A stretch of DNA of 63,821 nt from Podarcis erhardii (Eukaryota), in the NCBI GenBank assembly GCA_964252035.1, contig CAXUOO010000287.1; one strand, given 5' to 3'. Both the position numbers and the translations under genes were made by a program. The notes beneath the pieces are model-generated. The model was not told where the DNA came from. It saw nothing but the letters and a program-made list of their open reading frames with translations, and did no database searches. Positions 45,095 to 58,000 of the stretch are shown in pieces (within the stretch, counting starts at the first letter, position 1; every line of letters begins with the position of its first letter).

Positions 45095-48000
45095 TTAATT
45101 CACTTGCTGGGTATACGGTTGCTGAAAAGCAGTGTTGGTAAATTGCTGAGACGCTCCGTAGGATTGCAGCAGGTCCTGCTGTTCTTTGGTTGGGTGAAAT
45201 ACCGCTGCTGAGGGAAATTGTCGTTGGTGCTGCATTGCTGCTTGTCGTTCTCGCAGTTGCTGCTGCTGCTGTTGTCGCGCGAGCAAGTCAACTGCAACAT
45301 CGAAAGACGTGCTGAGCACGTTTGTGACCACTTCTCCTATTTTTGGGTTTTGCAAGTCCAAAGAGGCGCCGGCAGCCGTCTGCGTCTGTTCGTGTTTTGC
45401 ACGTTGCAGCAGTTGCTGATTCTTTTTCTTCGATTTGACAAATGCGGATAGATCAAGGGGGTCTTCGTCCCTAGTCAAATTGTACTTGATCTCCTCTGTC
45501 GCATTTTCTGGCTCCAACTCGTTGCGGGAAGCGACGATGCCGTTATCTGAACTTTCTTCGCTGCCGCTCTTCTCTTCAGTACCACTGCCGCTGCTGTGGT
45601 CACCCTCCTCGAGTTTCAGCGGGGGCAGTGAACCTGAATAGTCCGCCTGCTCTTCGACTGACTCTTCTTCCTCCGGTTCATTCGTGTCGACTACTGCCGC
45701 TGCTACTTCTGAACGTTTGACAACAGCATCAGAAGATGCCTCCTGCTCAGCGCGCATTCCGTGAAACTTGCCTTGTTCCTTTTTGAGCGGGCGACGCTCC
45801 TCTTTTTCTCCGCCCGTCCATCTGCGACCTTTACTGCTTCCGGTGTACGGGGCGAAACCGGCCTTGGAAAGTCTCCCGCCGGTTTCCAGCAAATCCTGCC
45901 GAGTTCCCTTGCTGTTGCTGCTGCGGCGTTGCTGCAATTGACGCGGCTGCTGCAACGACTCTGCTGAGTCGGAAAAAGGTCGAGAAACACTGCCGCTGCC
46001 GTCGCTGCTACTACTGCTGATTGTCGCAGCGGCGTCTTCGACCACGTTCATGAGCTTGACCAAGGGGTCGTCAGGATGCGTGTATTTGTAGGCAGAAAAA
46101 TCCTCGAAAAACTGAGCGGCTTGTTGACTGCTCCTCTGCACACCGCGCATTCAACTCGTGAGCGTCGCGCAGCAGTTCGTGTGCTTGCTTCACCGTGGGT
46201 GCCACTATACCTGTTGTAGCCAAGTTCAACACTTCCGTCAGTGGCCGTAGAAGCGCGTCCTCCAGAGCCTGCGACTTAAGACTGCCCAGTAGCGTTTTGC
46301 TTCCCCCTGTCGAGTTATTGTTGTTGTTGTTGTTTTTCCACTCTCCCGAAGAGTAGTAGACAGAAGGGAAAGTAGTCGTCGCAGAAGAAGCGGGCGCTTG
46401 TCGCGCGTCCGAAGGAGGAGCGAAGAGCTGCTGCAGCAAGGGCGAAAGGACGGGGGGCGCTTGCGCTTGCGCTTGCGTCGTCGGCAAAGGCGGTAGCAAG
46501 ACCATGGGCCCCAGCGAGTTGACCTGCATCTGCTCTGCTTGAGTCGGGTGGGTGGGCTGCTGCGCTTGTAATTGTTGTTGTTGAGTGTTTGGGTGCGAAT
46601 TCGGCGGTGGCGGTAGCCCAGCTATCACGTACATACTTTTTCCTCGCGAGTCATTTTCGTACATCATGTGTGGAGGAGAAGGAGGATGAGGAGGGGGGGC
46701 TTGGTGGGGGGTGAGAGGAGGAGTCTGATGTGGCAGGAAGAAGTTGTATTGCTCTTGGTCGGGAGTAAGAGGCAGCTGCTGCTGCTGCTGATGATGATTC
46801 GTCGACGGCACATCATAGCGGAGGGCTGGTGGCGCTTCGTGGTGCTGCTGCGGGTGGTAGCTCGAGTAGCTCAGGTGACCCCCTCCTTCCTGCTCGAACA
46901 ACGGGATGTGTGTTGTCGACTGTTGGGGGGAAGAAGCAGCAGGCAGTGCTCCTCCGTTATTGAGGAGATATCCTTCGGCCGGATGCACAATGTCCACCCA
47001 GTTGTTTGTCTCTGGTGGGTCCTTTGCTTTTGTCGTTCGTTCCGTGACGTCCGTCGAAGAAGGATAAGGAGCAGTTGCGATGCTGTTGTGCTCGCTGCCC
47101 AAACCGTCTTTCCTGGCTGCTGTATTCAGCCGCAGCGCTCCCGTTTCCGTGACCTGGGCGGCAGCTCGCTGCGGGGGTTTCGCTCGCTGATCTTCTTGTT
47201 GAGAAACGGTCTCTTTTGTTTTCGGAGATGGTTCGAAACCGGGTTCCTCTTGAGGCGCGGATGCAGGAGCTCCAAGTTTCGACACACGCACCCAAGGACG
47301 TAGGTAGCTTTGCTGTTGTTCCAGGCGGTGTGGCAGCAGGAGCTGCTGCACTGTAAACGACTCTACAGTTTTCGGTGTGTATCGCTGCCCCTCTTCACCG
47401 GCTGAGGAGACACCTTCGTTCTCCCTGGTCTCGGGCTGCTGCTGGCTGTCACTGGTGTGTTCCAGAAGAAAAGTACCGTCTTCGAGGGACTCCATGGTTT
47501 TCGTAGCGAACTGACCGGGCATTCCGCTTGCAAACTCTTGGGGCAGTGATTGCAACTGCTCTTCAACGGTGGCGGTATTTTGGTCGTCTTTAACAGTCGC
47601 ATCTGCTCGTGGAACTGTTTCTGCTACTTCGTTTACGGACAGCTGCGGATCATCGATCGGTAACGATTCTCGAATAATTGACGCTGACACTCCTTCTTCA
47701 GCTCGAGTCAAGTTGTTCTCATTGTCTTGTTGGACATCCAGGAAAGTGTCTGTAAGGGGGACAGAACTGACTGCTTCTGGTGACTTATTTTCAACTGAGG
47801 CGGACATTGCATTGGGTTCACCTTGTTGAAGAAAGTGAGGAAAAGTGGCTACTGCTGGCTCCGCCTTCTCTGTACTCACGGGGGACGCATATGGGTTGGG
47901 AGGACGTTGAACTGTAGCTGCGGCCATCTCATCAGCTCCTTCGCTATCTGTAGTTGATATACCCCCATCTTTCAGATATTGATCGTCGCCTTGCACCTGC

Positions 48001-49091
48001 TGTGTGTCCTTATTTTGCCGTAGCCCTCGCAGCTGATTCGAATAGAATTCACGCAGGACCTGATGTTCAGGCTGATATTGTTCAGCATAGCGCCTTACTG
48101 GGTGGTTGGAAGTGTTGGGTCTGGTGCCATAGTTATTGAAGAAGCCAGAAGGCCGATAATGTGGTCTTCCTACTTCTCTGTCACTCATTTGCCCATAACT
48201 TCCCCAAATGTCGTCTTCAGAGTCAGAGTCTGACAGGTCACTGTCTGAATCCCAGTAAGACTGAGATGAACGCGATTCATCGTAATCACTGGAATCAACG
48301 GATGAATGCCGTTCACTATCCGAGGAATAATCCCAAGATTCTGAATCTGGCTCACTTTCTGACGCAGAGTCCGAGAAAAGTCCACTGAAGAAATCATCAT
48401 CCGAGCTTTCACTTTCAATATCAGACACGCTTGAGCGTCTTGAGGAGTCTGAATCGTCGTCAAACCACGCTGGAGAGTCTTCGTCAGACCACCCTGAATA
48501 GTTTGATTCATTGTAAGAAGATGCAGAATCGTCCGAATCGTCGCTGCCATCGCTATCAAAGTAAGATGAAAACAACTCAAGGAACCCGTTTTTTTTCTCC
48601 GGTGATTCTAATTTTGCCGTGGAAATAGTTTTGTTTTCGCTGTTTCGAAGTTCATCTACTTCCGATTGAGAGTTTGTTGCTTTTCGATTGCTTGCATTTT
48701 TCAGTGGTGCTGAAAGATCCCCCACGGAGGTATGAACTTCAGAAAAGCCATCATGAGAGGGTGAAGATTGACTTCCGTCGCGGAGATCCCCCCGTCGGAG
48801 TTTCGGCGGCGAGGGTGGTGCTGGGATTGCTTTGGTGTCGGACGTGCCGTAGGGATTCAAATGCGCCTTCAAATCGTCTGTATCGGTCGCCGAAGGTATC
48901 GCATCTGTCTGTGAAATGTTTTTCTCGGCTCTAGTGGCGTCCAAATGTCCAAAAATCCCCGAGCAAAGAGCCAGTAGACAAAGGTACAGTAATTTCCTCG
49001 TGAGCGCTTGTGGACGTCCTTCTTGCCATCGCCGGCGGGACCTAACCTCTTGTAATCTTTTACCGGCAGACCCCGCTAACCACGGCATCAT
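45095..49091 (-). CDS. Large hypothetical protein (about 1330 aa), putatively secreted or membrane-anchored; Ser/Asp-acidic, Pro/Gln-rich, C-terminal amphipathic helices
   Basis: Overlapping 1006-aa (46071-49091) and 351-aa (45095-46150) ORFs, joined by a 1-nt shift or a 58-82 nt intron near 46150. Hydrophobic LLYLCLLALCSGIFG at residues about 34-48. No family recognised. Confidence 0.8.
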
Positions 49092-52000
49092 GGTGACAGG
49101 AAAAGGCTGTTCGCTAGGTCGTTAAGTGGAGCTGCACGATTTTTTGGAAAAGCCTTGTTCTACAGGAAGCTTACGTAACGTATGTGCCTAATATGTTTCA
49201 AACATTCCACGTCGCTACCAGAGCAGGAATTTCGTAGATGATAGTTGAAGATTAGACACAAGAAAGCAACGTTTAGCTACTTTACCGTTGTTTGGCGTTT
49301 GTTGTTACCCTCTGGTGTAAAATAACCTGTAAAAACCTGCGTTCTCTACTCGTACATCCTAAATAGCAAATTTCAAGAATGAATCACACTCCACAACCGG
49401 CAGCATTCATAGATTCTTCACCTGGCCAGCTGAGAGTCACACCGTGGGATGGCTAACAAGTTGCAACGCGGCACCTGTGTGATAACTGAGGCGCAAGAGG
49501 TCACTCGGCTTGATGAAAAAGTGACTCAGCTTCTGTAATCATGTTCACCTTCTGAATCAGTGTTTGACTGGAATACAGCATCACGCTAGTCTTGTGTACA
49601 AATTGAATCAGAAGCTCTGCAGATGTTTACTGCACAGTACATCGTGAAAAAATTGGAGGGGATGAGTGTCTACCTCGCAACTGGTAACATGAGACCTGTT
49701 AAACCCATAAAGCAGTCGCTTCATTTGAAGCTGTAACGCATCTACTCCTAAACAAAACGAAAACTCTTATCAGTCCTCGTGGTCGTGCAGGTATATGGAA
49801 TAGGGTAATACCATTAGGTGAGACATAATTTTGGTGCAGATTGAGAGTGAAGAAAAAAAGTCGTAAAAAGAGCTTTATGGGCACGCTTGAAGCACAAGAG
49901 CTTGAATATATCAGATAGTTCCAAGAACATCTAATGACGTACTAGCATAAAAATTCTGATTGATCTAACTGTTGCGACAGTTGAATATCAAAGTTATGGG
50001 CCTTCCTTTCCCGAAAGCACACACGCATTTTCTGCGAAGCCTGAGCGTTGTTCATTGATATACATCGAGTGTGCGTACCTCCGCGGCCAAAAACACCTTA
50101 CTATATACGTGACACCTCGTATATGAAAACGGCAACGTCGTGGGTAGGCGCGTGACCACCTGAGACCACTGACATGCTGCTTTCACGGAGCAAAAAGCAG
50201 TGAGCAGATAACTGCAACCCATTAGTGGCAACGATTCCGTTGAAAATCCAGCTGGACAAAAATTGCAGCATATACTGTACAGCTAATATGATGTAATTGT
50301 CCGTGTCGACGTTTGTGGACAAAGTTACGGAATTTCCGCGAATACAACCGTATTATCAAGTTTATAGAAGCAAAATGCGTATTAAGAACACAGTTCATAC
50401 CCTTGAAGATATCTGTCCGACGTTCGTTACCTCTCCTCGCCGTAGGCATACTTATTCTACGTTTGATAACATGGATTTTTGAAATTCTCTCGCCAGTTAC
50501 AACCCTGATGCTAGTTCTCCAAGCCTAAGAAGAATATAGTTGCTGTGATTATACTGAGCAATTAACCCTGTGTTTCTCATGTGAATGTGCAGAATAAAAA
50601 CTGTAGCTCCTTACAATGACTTCCACGCCTGCGTTCAGCTTCTACGCTCAAAATGAGCTTGAAAAAGCAAATACGACGACCAGCCGTACAAAAAAACTTT
50701 GCTCGAAAAAACTGTAACAAAGCCATGACTGCGTCATTAAGGACCTACGCGTGTATGCCAATGTAAATGGCGTAATTTCTTCAATTTTATCCACATGGGT
50801 CATGTGCAAGCTTATAACCTCATGCCACGTGGAGCGCATGTGGTTTTGGATACTGCATCCTTGTTTTAGACTTCCAATGACACACCTGTATAAAGGATAA
50901 TATATTTCCGCTGCAGTACAATGCCCGTGACTGAATGTTTACCAGTGTCAACGTTTTCAGGATGACATACGGTATGGTGTAACTGTAGTATGACGTCGAA
51001 CAGTCGATACGCTACTGGTATATCACATTAAGTGCGGTTGAAGAGCAGGCAAGTTTGATGCCGCATACGAATAATCAATTATCCCTGTCCTTTGAACATC
51101 GTAGACATCTGCAATCAAAATGGAGTAGAAGCCTAGGTATATAGTGCACGCACTTCTCATCAGAAGCATCTTTATTCCAGATTATGACCCTAATATGATG
51201 GCAGCAAATGATCATTTTAATTTTGATCAAAGCAGCGATTGTGCTAAGATTGTTCTAGCGTCCCATACCGATATTCTAGAAATACCGTTGGCATAACGTC
51301 ACCATTTAATCGAATGCATATATACATTTGCTAGCTTGTGTGGCTATAAATGAAATCAACGGCCCCTGCCGCAACGTATGGACTGCTTCATGTCCTAGTT
51401 CGCAGCGATCTTTGCATACAAAAACATCGACTGGTCAAAATGCGGGCGGAGTCAACGCAGGCCACCAGATTAGCTCCGTTACAGCGCTGTCAGCTGCCCA
51501 GAAAACTTTGCAGCGTGAAGAATTCTGGAATACAGCACTAAAGAGTGGCATATTCGGATAGCAGCAGCGTCTACATATTAAACCTGAAACGATAAACTTA
51601 CACGCTACAGATAGAATAACATAAAATTCGAGATTCACTGCCGCGGCCTGTATGGTATATCCGGCTCCAAATGGTGAAAGTTCACACAAGTCAAATTTTT
51701 TGCGAGTACCCTGTGATGCTGAGTGCAATAATGCAGCTTTTCCCTTTCTGCTCTGTCCCAATCCTGGCGTCATATATTTGTAGACAAATAGTCCACATCG
51801 TCACCAATAAGCCCGTAAAGTTTCTAAATGAAAAGGAACTTCTACGGGACGGAAGCCACGTGCCCACATACATGTCATTTCGTTGCGCATACTACCTTCT
51901 TTTTTCTCCCCGCGGGTGTCATTTACCTGCCCTATATCTCAAAGGGAAGAGCTGCGAAGCAGAATACATCCCTAACTTGCTTCTTTTGTACCGCCTAGTG

Positions 52001-52223
52001 CAATCTCTTTCCTTCCTTCTCATCTTATTTTTCTGCACTCGTCAGTTCTTCCTCAATTTAACTTCATTTCCGGTGCGCTCAAATTCCTCTCCGGTACAGA
52101 TATGGAAAAAGTTGGCATTGTCGTGCAACAGTATTGCGCTGCACTACCCAAACCAAATCTCTTGGCAGAATTTCTACCCTTAGAATTCTTTTTTAATTGT
52201 AATTCTTTCCTCATTTACATGAA

Positions 52224-55010
52224 TTAGGCGTCTTTGGCGTGCAGCTCTGCCTGCCGTTTTAAAATTGAGTCACGAATATTGCGAATTTTCTCCACCATCT
52301 CCGGCTTGTAGTCTGCATGTATAGCAAGATATTTTTCTTTGCGCATCCATTCCTGGAAAGCCGGACTATTGCTGTGGCTACTGCCGTCTCCCTCTCCCGC
52401 CTCTACCTCTTCTGGCCAAGGGGTGAAGTAAATGGCATAATTCTTCGCACATGCCCACCGCGCGCTCCGTTGAAATAATTCCGGCATAAATTGCGAGTCC
52501 CATTTCTTTAGTAATACACAAGGATAAAGTGAAAGACGCATACGCTCAGCCTCCCACATGCGTAATTGGATTGTTACATTCTCCGGCAAAATTGGGGTAT
52601 TTGAACGTAGCTTCCTTTCCATGATCACTGGATGGGCATGAGCCTCCAAAAAGCGAATAATTTGCTCTGCTGTAATCCCACTTTTGTAAGCAGAAAGTAC
52701 TGAAGCACGTGTCAACACCCCCACAATCAAATTTGGCAAACGCGCTTGCAACTCACATAAATGCGACAGCACTGACATTTGTAGAGCAGATGCTGTGTAA
52801 ACGTAAACTTTAAAATTGCTTTGAACCAACATGCCCGCTTCCAGCCCCATCGCAGACAGTGGAGAAGCAACAGAAGCAGCAGCAGAAGGAAACAGACATA
52901 TAGATTGTCCCTCGCTTCTCCGACTTGTTCTAAATTGGAGAGAGGACCTGAAAAAGTCCCATAAGAAGCAAACATAGAAAAAAGGCGCCTTGTTCATATA
53001 AAGCTTGCTCATGACAGCTTGCTTTCGCATAGTGCACGCAGTGCGTTTGAATCACTCTTATATAGGTAATTTTCGCGTATTCAAAAAAGGTTAAAATGTG
53101 TATACAACTACTTTAAAGCATATAGAAGAATAAGCATCTTGTTACATATCAGGTGCAGAGTACAATGCCTCCAAGGCAATATTAGTTGTAGTGCAATATA
53201 CGGAAACACAGCACAAAGCGGCAAAAAATTATCCTAGGCAACACCGTAAAGAAGTCACAGACACTGTCGAAAAAAGGATAAGCTAATATGAGCCGCACAG
53301 CAAATGCTGTTATGAGTGATGATAGCAACTCTCGTGAATATCAACTTCGCTCGTACAAGAACGTCACAATAAATCAACGTCTTGCATGACAACATACGGA
53401 GACCGCGATTCAGCTCTATCGTTCTGTATGGTGTCTTCCTGTCTTCGCTTTGACTCTCTATGTATTGCAGCTGCATCCTTACCCATCGCCATGCCTATCT
53501 TTTTGTGTGTTTTCCCTCATGTGCTCAGAGCCACTTGCACACTCCTCTTCGCTGCCGCTTTTTTGATCTTCATCGACAATTAGGGGAAAAAACGGCACAT
53601 CCAAGATACAGACATTCTGCGCTTCGCTGCCCCGCTCACGTCCCTCCTGCACCTGCTGCTTGTTACCGCGCAACAAAGAACTGTCTGCCAGCAAGTGTTG
53701 TTGCTGCCCTACTGCTGCTGCTCCTGCACCAGAAGCGAATCCTCCTCTGCCGATTCCCGAACGATCGGGTCGTAGAAGTACTGCGTACGGTGCAGAAAAT
53801 ACAAACTGAGCAGCTGCACCATGAGCAGTACGGCCAGCATCGGCAGGAGCAGTGCAATCAATGGTTGCACTGTCAGCAGCACAATTTGGAGATACGCAGG
53901 TTGATTTGTAGCCAGTTGCCGCTGCTACTGAATGCGGCTGCTGCTGCTGTATAGCTGCTTTGATAGCTGCTGTTGCCTTTGCAGAAGCCCAGACTAAGCC
54001 GAGGTCAAGGGCAAATAAAAGAAAGCGCCGTTGCGCATACGTCAAACATTCGATAGCGATAGGCTGCCCCACAGCAGCTTGTCCAAGTGTTAAAATTAGC
54101 AGTAACACTTCTTGCATCTGCAGAGCAAAGTTTAGACAGTGCGCATATGTAAAGAAAACGAAGCTGACACAGATGCATTGCTCTATCACTTCCGCAGTAC
54201 ATACCTAGTAACCTTTGTAAATAATCGTACAGATAAAAAACTTTGCAAGTGAAGCGATGTACTAACTTTCTTCCATCAACGAATCGCTATTGGTAATTAT
54301 AGATTCATCCGTACACATACATCCACATATATGTATATGTATACATACATGTATATATATAACAACGAATTACATGGTCTTTCGTCCACATGCGCATACA
54401 TGGTGGATGAACTTGAATAATAAAATAATACTTATGACGCTGAGCATACACGATGGATTAACTAGAATTGGAGAGTATACATGTATTACACTTTTCCACG
54501 GCGCTCGGAAACCTAAATGGGCTTTCAAGGTTATAGTTGTGATATGACTTTCCCCCAATCTGTTTTTTCTTATTCATCTCTTCTTCATGCGGATTCATTA
54601 CTCGAACACCCTCATTACTACGTGCACACCGCGTGGCTATTGTATAAGTCAAAATCACATGCACACATACATGCCTGTGTACGCGCTTACGTAGGAGTAA
54701 ATTAGATAGAAGTCAACATAGTGTGCATACAAAGTGAATTCCCATACGTGGTGCAGAGTAGACACTGATATTACATTTTTCTATTCCTTACATATATATG
54801 TGTGTATATATATGTATATATATATTAGATCAACTAAGTACATACTTTCATGTATTCCTATAGATATACACGTTTGACTTGGCATACATATGTATATATA
54901 TATATATATATATATGTATCTGATACATATGTACAAGGTAACGTCGATACATATATTCAGACATATACATAATACATATGAGCAAGAAGCGGTTATACTT
55001 TTATGCACAT

Positions 55011-55043
<33 letters not shown>

Positions 55044-58000
55044 CAAAGGAAGTATTTTTGCACGGTAGTAGTGTTTTTACATTAGAAAAATAGAGGTCAG
55101 ATGGCGGAAACACCACAGTTACTTTGGTTAACATACATGGTTTGTGGGTGTTGCTCGCACATGAAATTATTTAAATAAGGCTAGCCTACTTGCATATGTC
55201 ACATAGTGATGAAAGCTACATTTTAGAACATGAAGAATCGTTAAACACAGGCCTTTGTGCAATAGATTTGAGCCCCGTCGTTTGTTCATATGTAATGCTG
55301 CATATAATCGCCTTCCACTTAGCAGAGCCGTGCCAATGAAAATAATGCACCATTGGGAGCCGTACACTGACACTGTGCAGTAAAGGAATATGCCAGGAAT
55401 GCCTACGGTATTACCAGTGTAGACGGCGTACTCTTGTGACAGTACCACCATAAAAGACTTATGTATAGCGCGCGCACCCCAAATGCAACTAATAATACTT
55501 CTTGCGTACAGCAAGTGTATAGAATCACACACAGGTTCAACCACACATACACAACGCACTTGTATCCAGATCTTTTTCTGCATCTTTCGTCTCTGTCTCT
55601 CTCTCTATATATATACATATATGTATATGTTTACACGATGGAAACACCCTTTAGTGCACATGTTGCTTACATCTTTGGCAACCGCGTCGGCTTCTTGATG
55701 AGCAGAGCCAGCAAATCCAAGGAAATTTTTCCCCGGTATGCAAGCTCGACTGCGAACACCAGCTGCTGCCGCTTCTGCTGCATCAGCTACTGAAATGAGC
55801 CCTATCCGGTCTTTGCCATCAACGGCTCTTCTCCGCTCCTTCTCCACTGCAACATCTCCGCTGTTGTTGCTGGTACAGCTGCTGTTGCCCCCTCCTTCGC
55901 CTGCTGCTGCAGCTGCTGCAATATCGTTGCTGCCTCCTGCAGTTCGCTTAGAAGCAGTGCCGCTGCTGCTGTTAAAGTGGGCAGCAGTAGGTCGAGGTTG
56001 TCTGAGAGCAGCCTCATATGCTGAATTGGTCAATAAGCCGCCATCGATGAGGAAGAGATATTCAACTATGAGTGAAGAAACTTGGGATTTCAAATCTTTC
56101 AAAATCCAGGAGAAAGCCTCTCTGGACATAGCAGGCCCGCTGCCTCCTCCCACAGTAGCTGCTGCCGCTGCTGCTCCAGCTCCTCCACTACCTGCTGATG
56201 ATTTGCTTGTTGTCGTCTTCTCATCAAAATTAGCCATGCTGTATGAATTTTCCACCACATTTCGACTGAAGACTGATGCAGCAGAGCCGGCAACAGCAGC
56301 AGCATTACTTGGCAGTTGCTGTGGTGGCAGAATCATCTCTAAGGGGCGGAGCAGGTGTTTTCGTGACCGCGAGCGAGTAGACAAAAGACGTCTGCGTGTT
56401 AGAACCTGTGCACACACACAGAAAAATATCACCGCCCACCCAAGACTCCTTATTTAGGTCTCAATATTTATACAAAGAGTATAACGTTGTGTGTACACAC
56501 ATACACGAACGCTGCGATCGAACGTTGAAATAGTAGTACTGACACACATATACATGTCAGCTGTGTGCATGAATGTGTGTCAACCCGCAACACATGTCCC
56601 CAACATGTTTCGAAAAGAGAGCGAAAACAATAAATTTCGAGGAAGCGACAGAGAGAGGGAAAGTAAAGAGGATGCGCGCTCGCTCAACTGCATTTCCACC
56701 GAAAGAGAAGTTTGAACGCTGAGTCTACAAAATAATTATCTTGTGTGTGCGTGAGCAATGCGAAACCTCGTCTCCTTACTTTCACGACATCTTCAGAGTA
56801 TCCCTGTGCGGCCCGATCCAGTCTGCGCTTCTTTTTTGTCTCGCCCTCCACTGCTGCTCTGCCGTCGATCGACAGCGCAGCAGCAGCATCTACTGAAGAG
56901 GGCGCACGTTCACCCTCGACTATAAACCGCAGCAACGCATCCCACTGCTGTCTGCTGTGACTGAGGAGTTGTTGCTTACTAGGAAAAAACATTGAGCTGC
57001 CGTCAGCAGCCTCACTAGCCGGCGGCAGCAGGAGGAAAGCCGTCGCTGCTGTTGGGGGCGGTGCCCCACACAAAACCAACTGGAGCAGAGTTTTTTTCAG
57101 ACACTCTTCTAAAGCATATTGAGTAGAACTGACAACAGCAGAAGCAGCACTCCCGCCTCCTTGTGCTTCGCTGCTGCTTCTGCTGCTGTTGCTGGTGCCC
57201 TTCTGGCCAGGAACTGCCGCCACAAAAGCAGTCTCGTTTCCCCCCAGTGAAAATGCATACGAAGAAAGCGCAGAAGCAGCAGCAACAGCTCTGCTGTCTC
57301 TCTCTTTCGCGAACTTTCCCGCTGCTACTACGGCTGCTGAGCTTGTTTCTGAACGCGCGTCAACTGTGGCCGCTCTATCCCTCCCTGCTGTTGCAGCGGT
57401 TGCTGGTGTTAAACCACCAACGTCGCACCTGCTGTGTGAGTGGCTAGCACCGCCGACTTTTTCCGGTGCAGTTGTGGCTGTTGCATTGCCACCAGAAAGA
57501 CCGGGCGCAGCCGCCACTTCGCCTGCTGGCGATTCTGTCAAAGCGGGCCCACCCCCACTCCCAGCTGCACTACTAGCAGCAAGAGGACCCCCGCGGTGTA
57601 CAGACACCTTGTCTCCTGGAGCAGCCGCAGTTGCAGCTGCAAGAGGGCGGTGAGTCGTCGAGGGGGCCGCAGAAGTGGTGAGTAGCATGCGATACGGAAA
57701 AACGAGACGCTGTAAAGCGCGACGAAGATCGGGCGCACTGCCAGCAGAAACCCACAAACGCATGGCTCGCTCTGACACTTGTTGTTGTAGAAACAGCAGT
57801 CGCAGTACGATTAGTTGGTCCAGCTCGCAGAGGCACGAGAAGCAAGCAATGCAGCTGCTGGGCGATGCAAAGAGGAAGTGCAGCACAGACGCCGGCAGAG
57901 AAAACACATACTCGAACAAACCGATGCTGCAGCAAGAAGTCAACGCAGCACACACAAAAACACATACACAACACGTGAGACACAAAAAAGCACCTTCTGG

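Noticed and set aside
47225-47250. tRNA T-loop-like GGTTCGAAACC
   Set aside because: Lies inside a long ORF; no acceptor, D or anticodon arms could be built.
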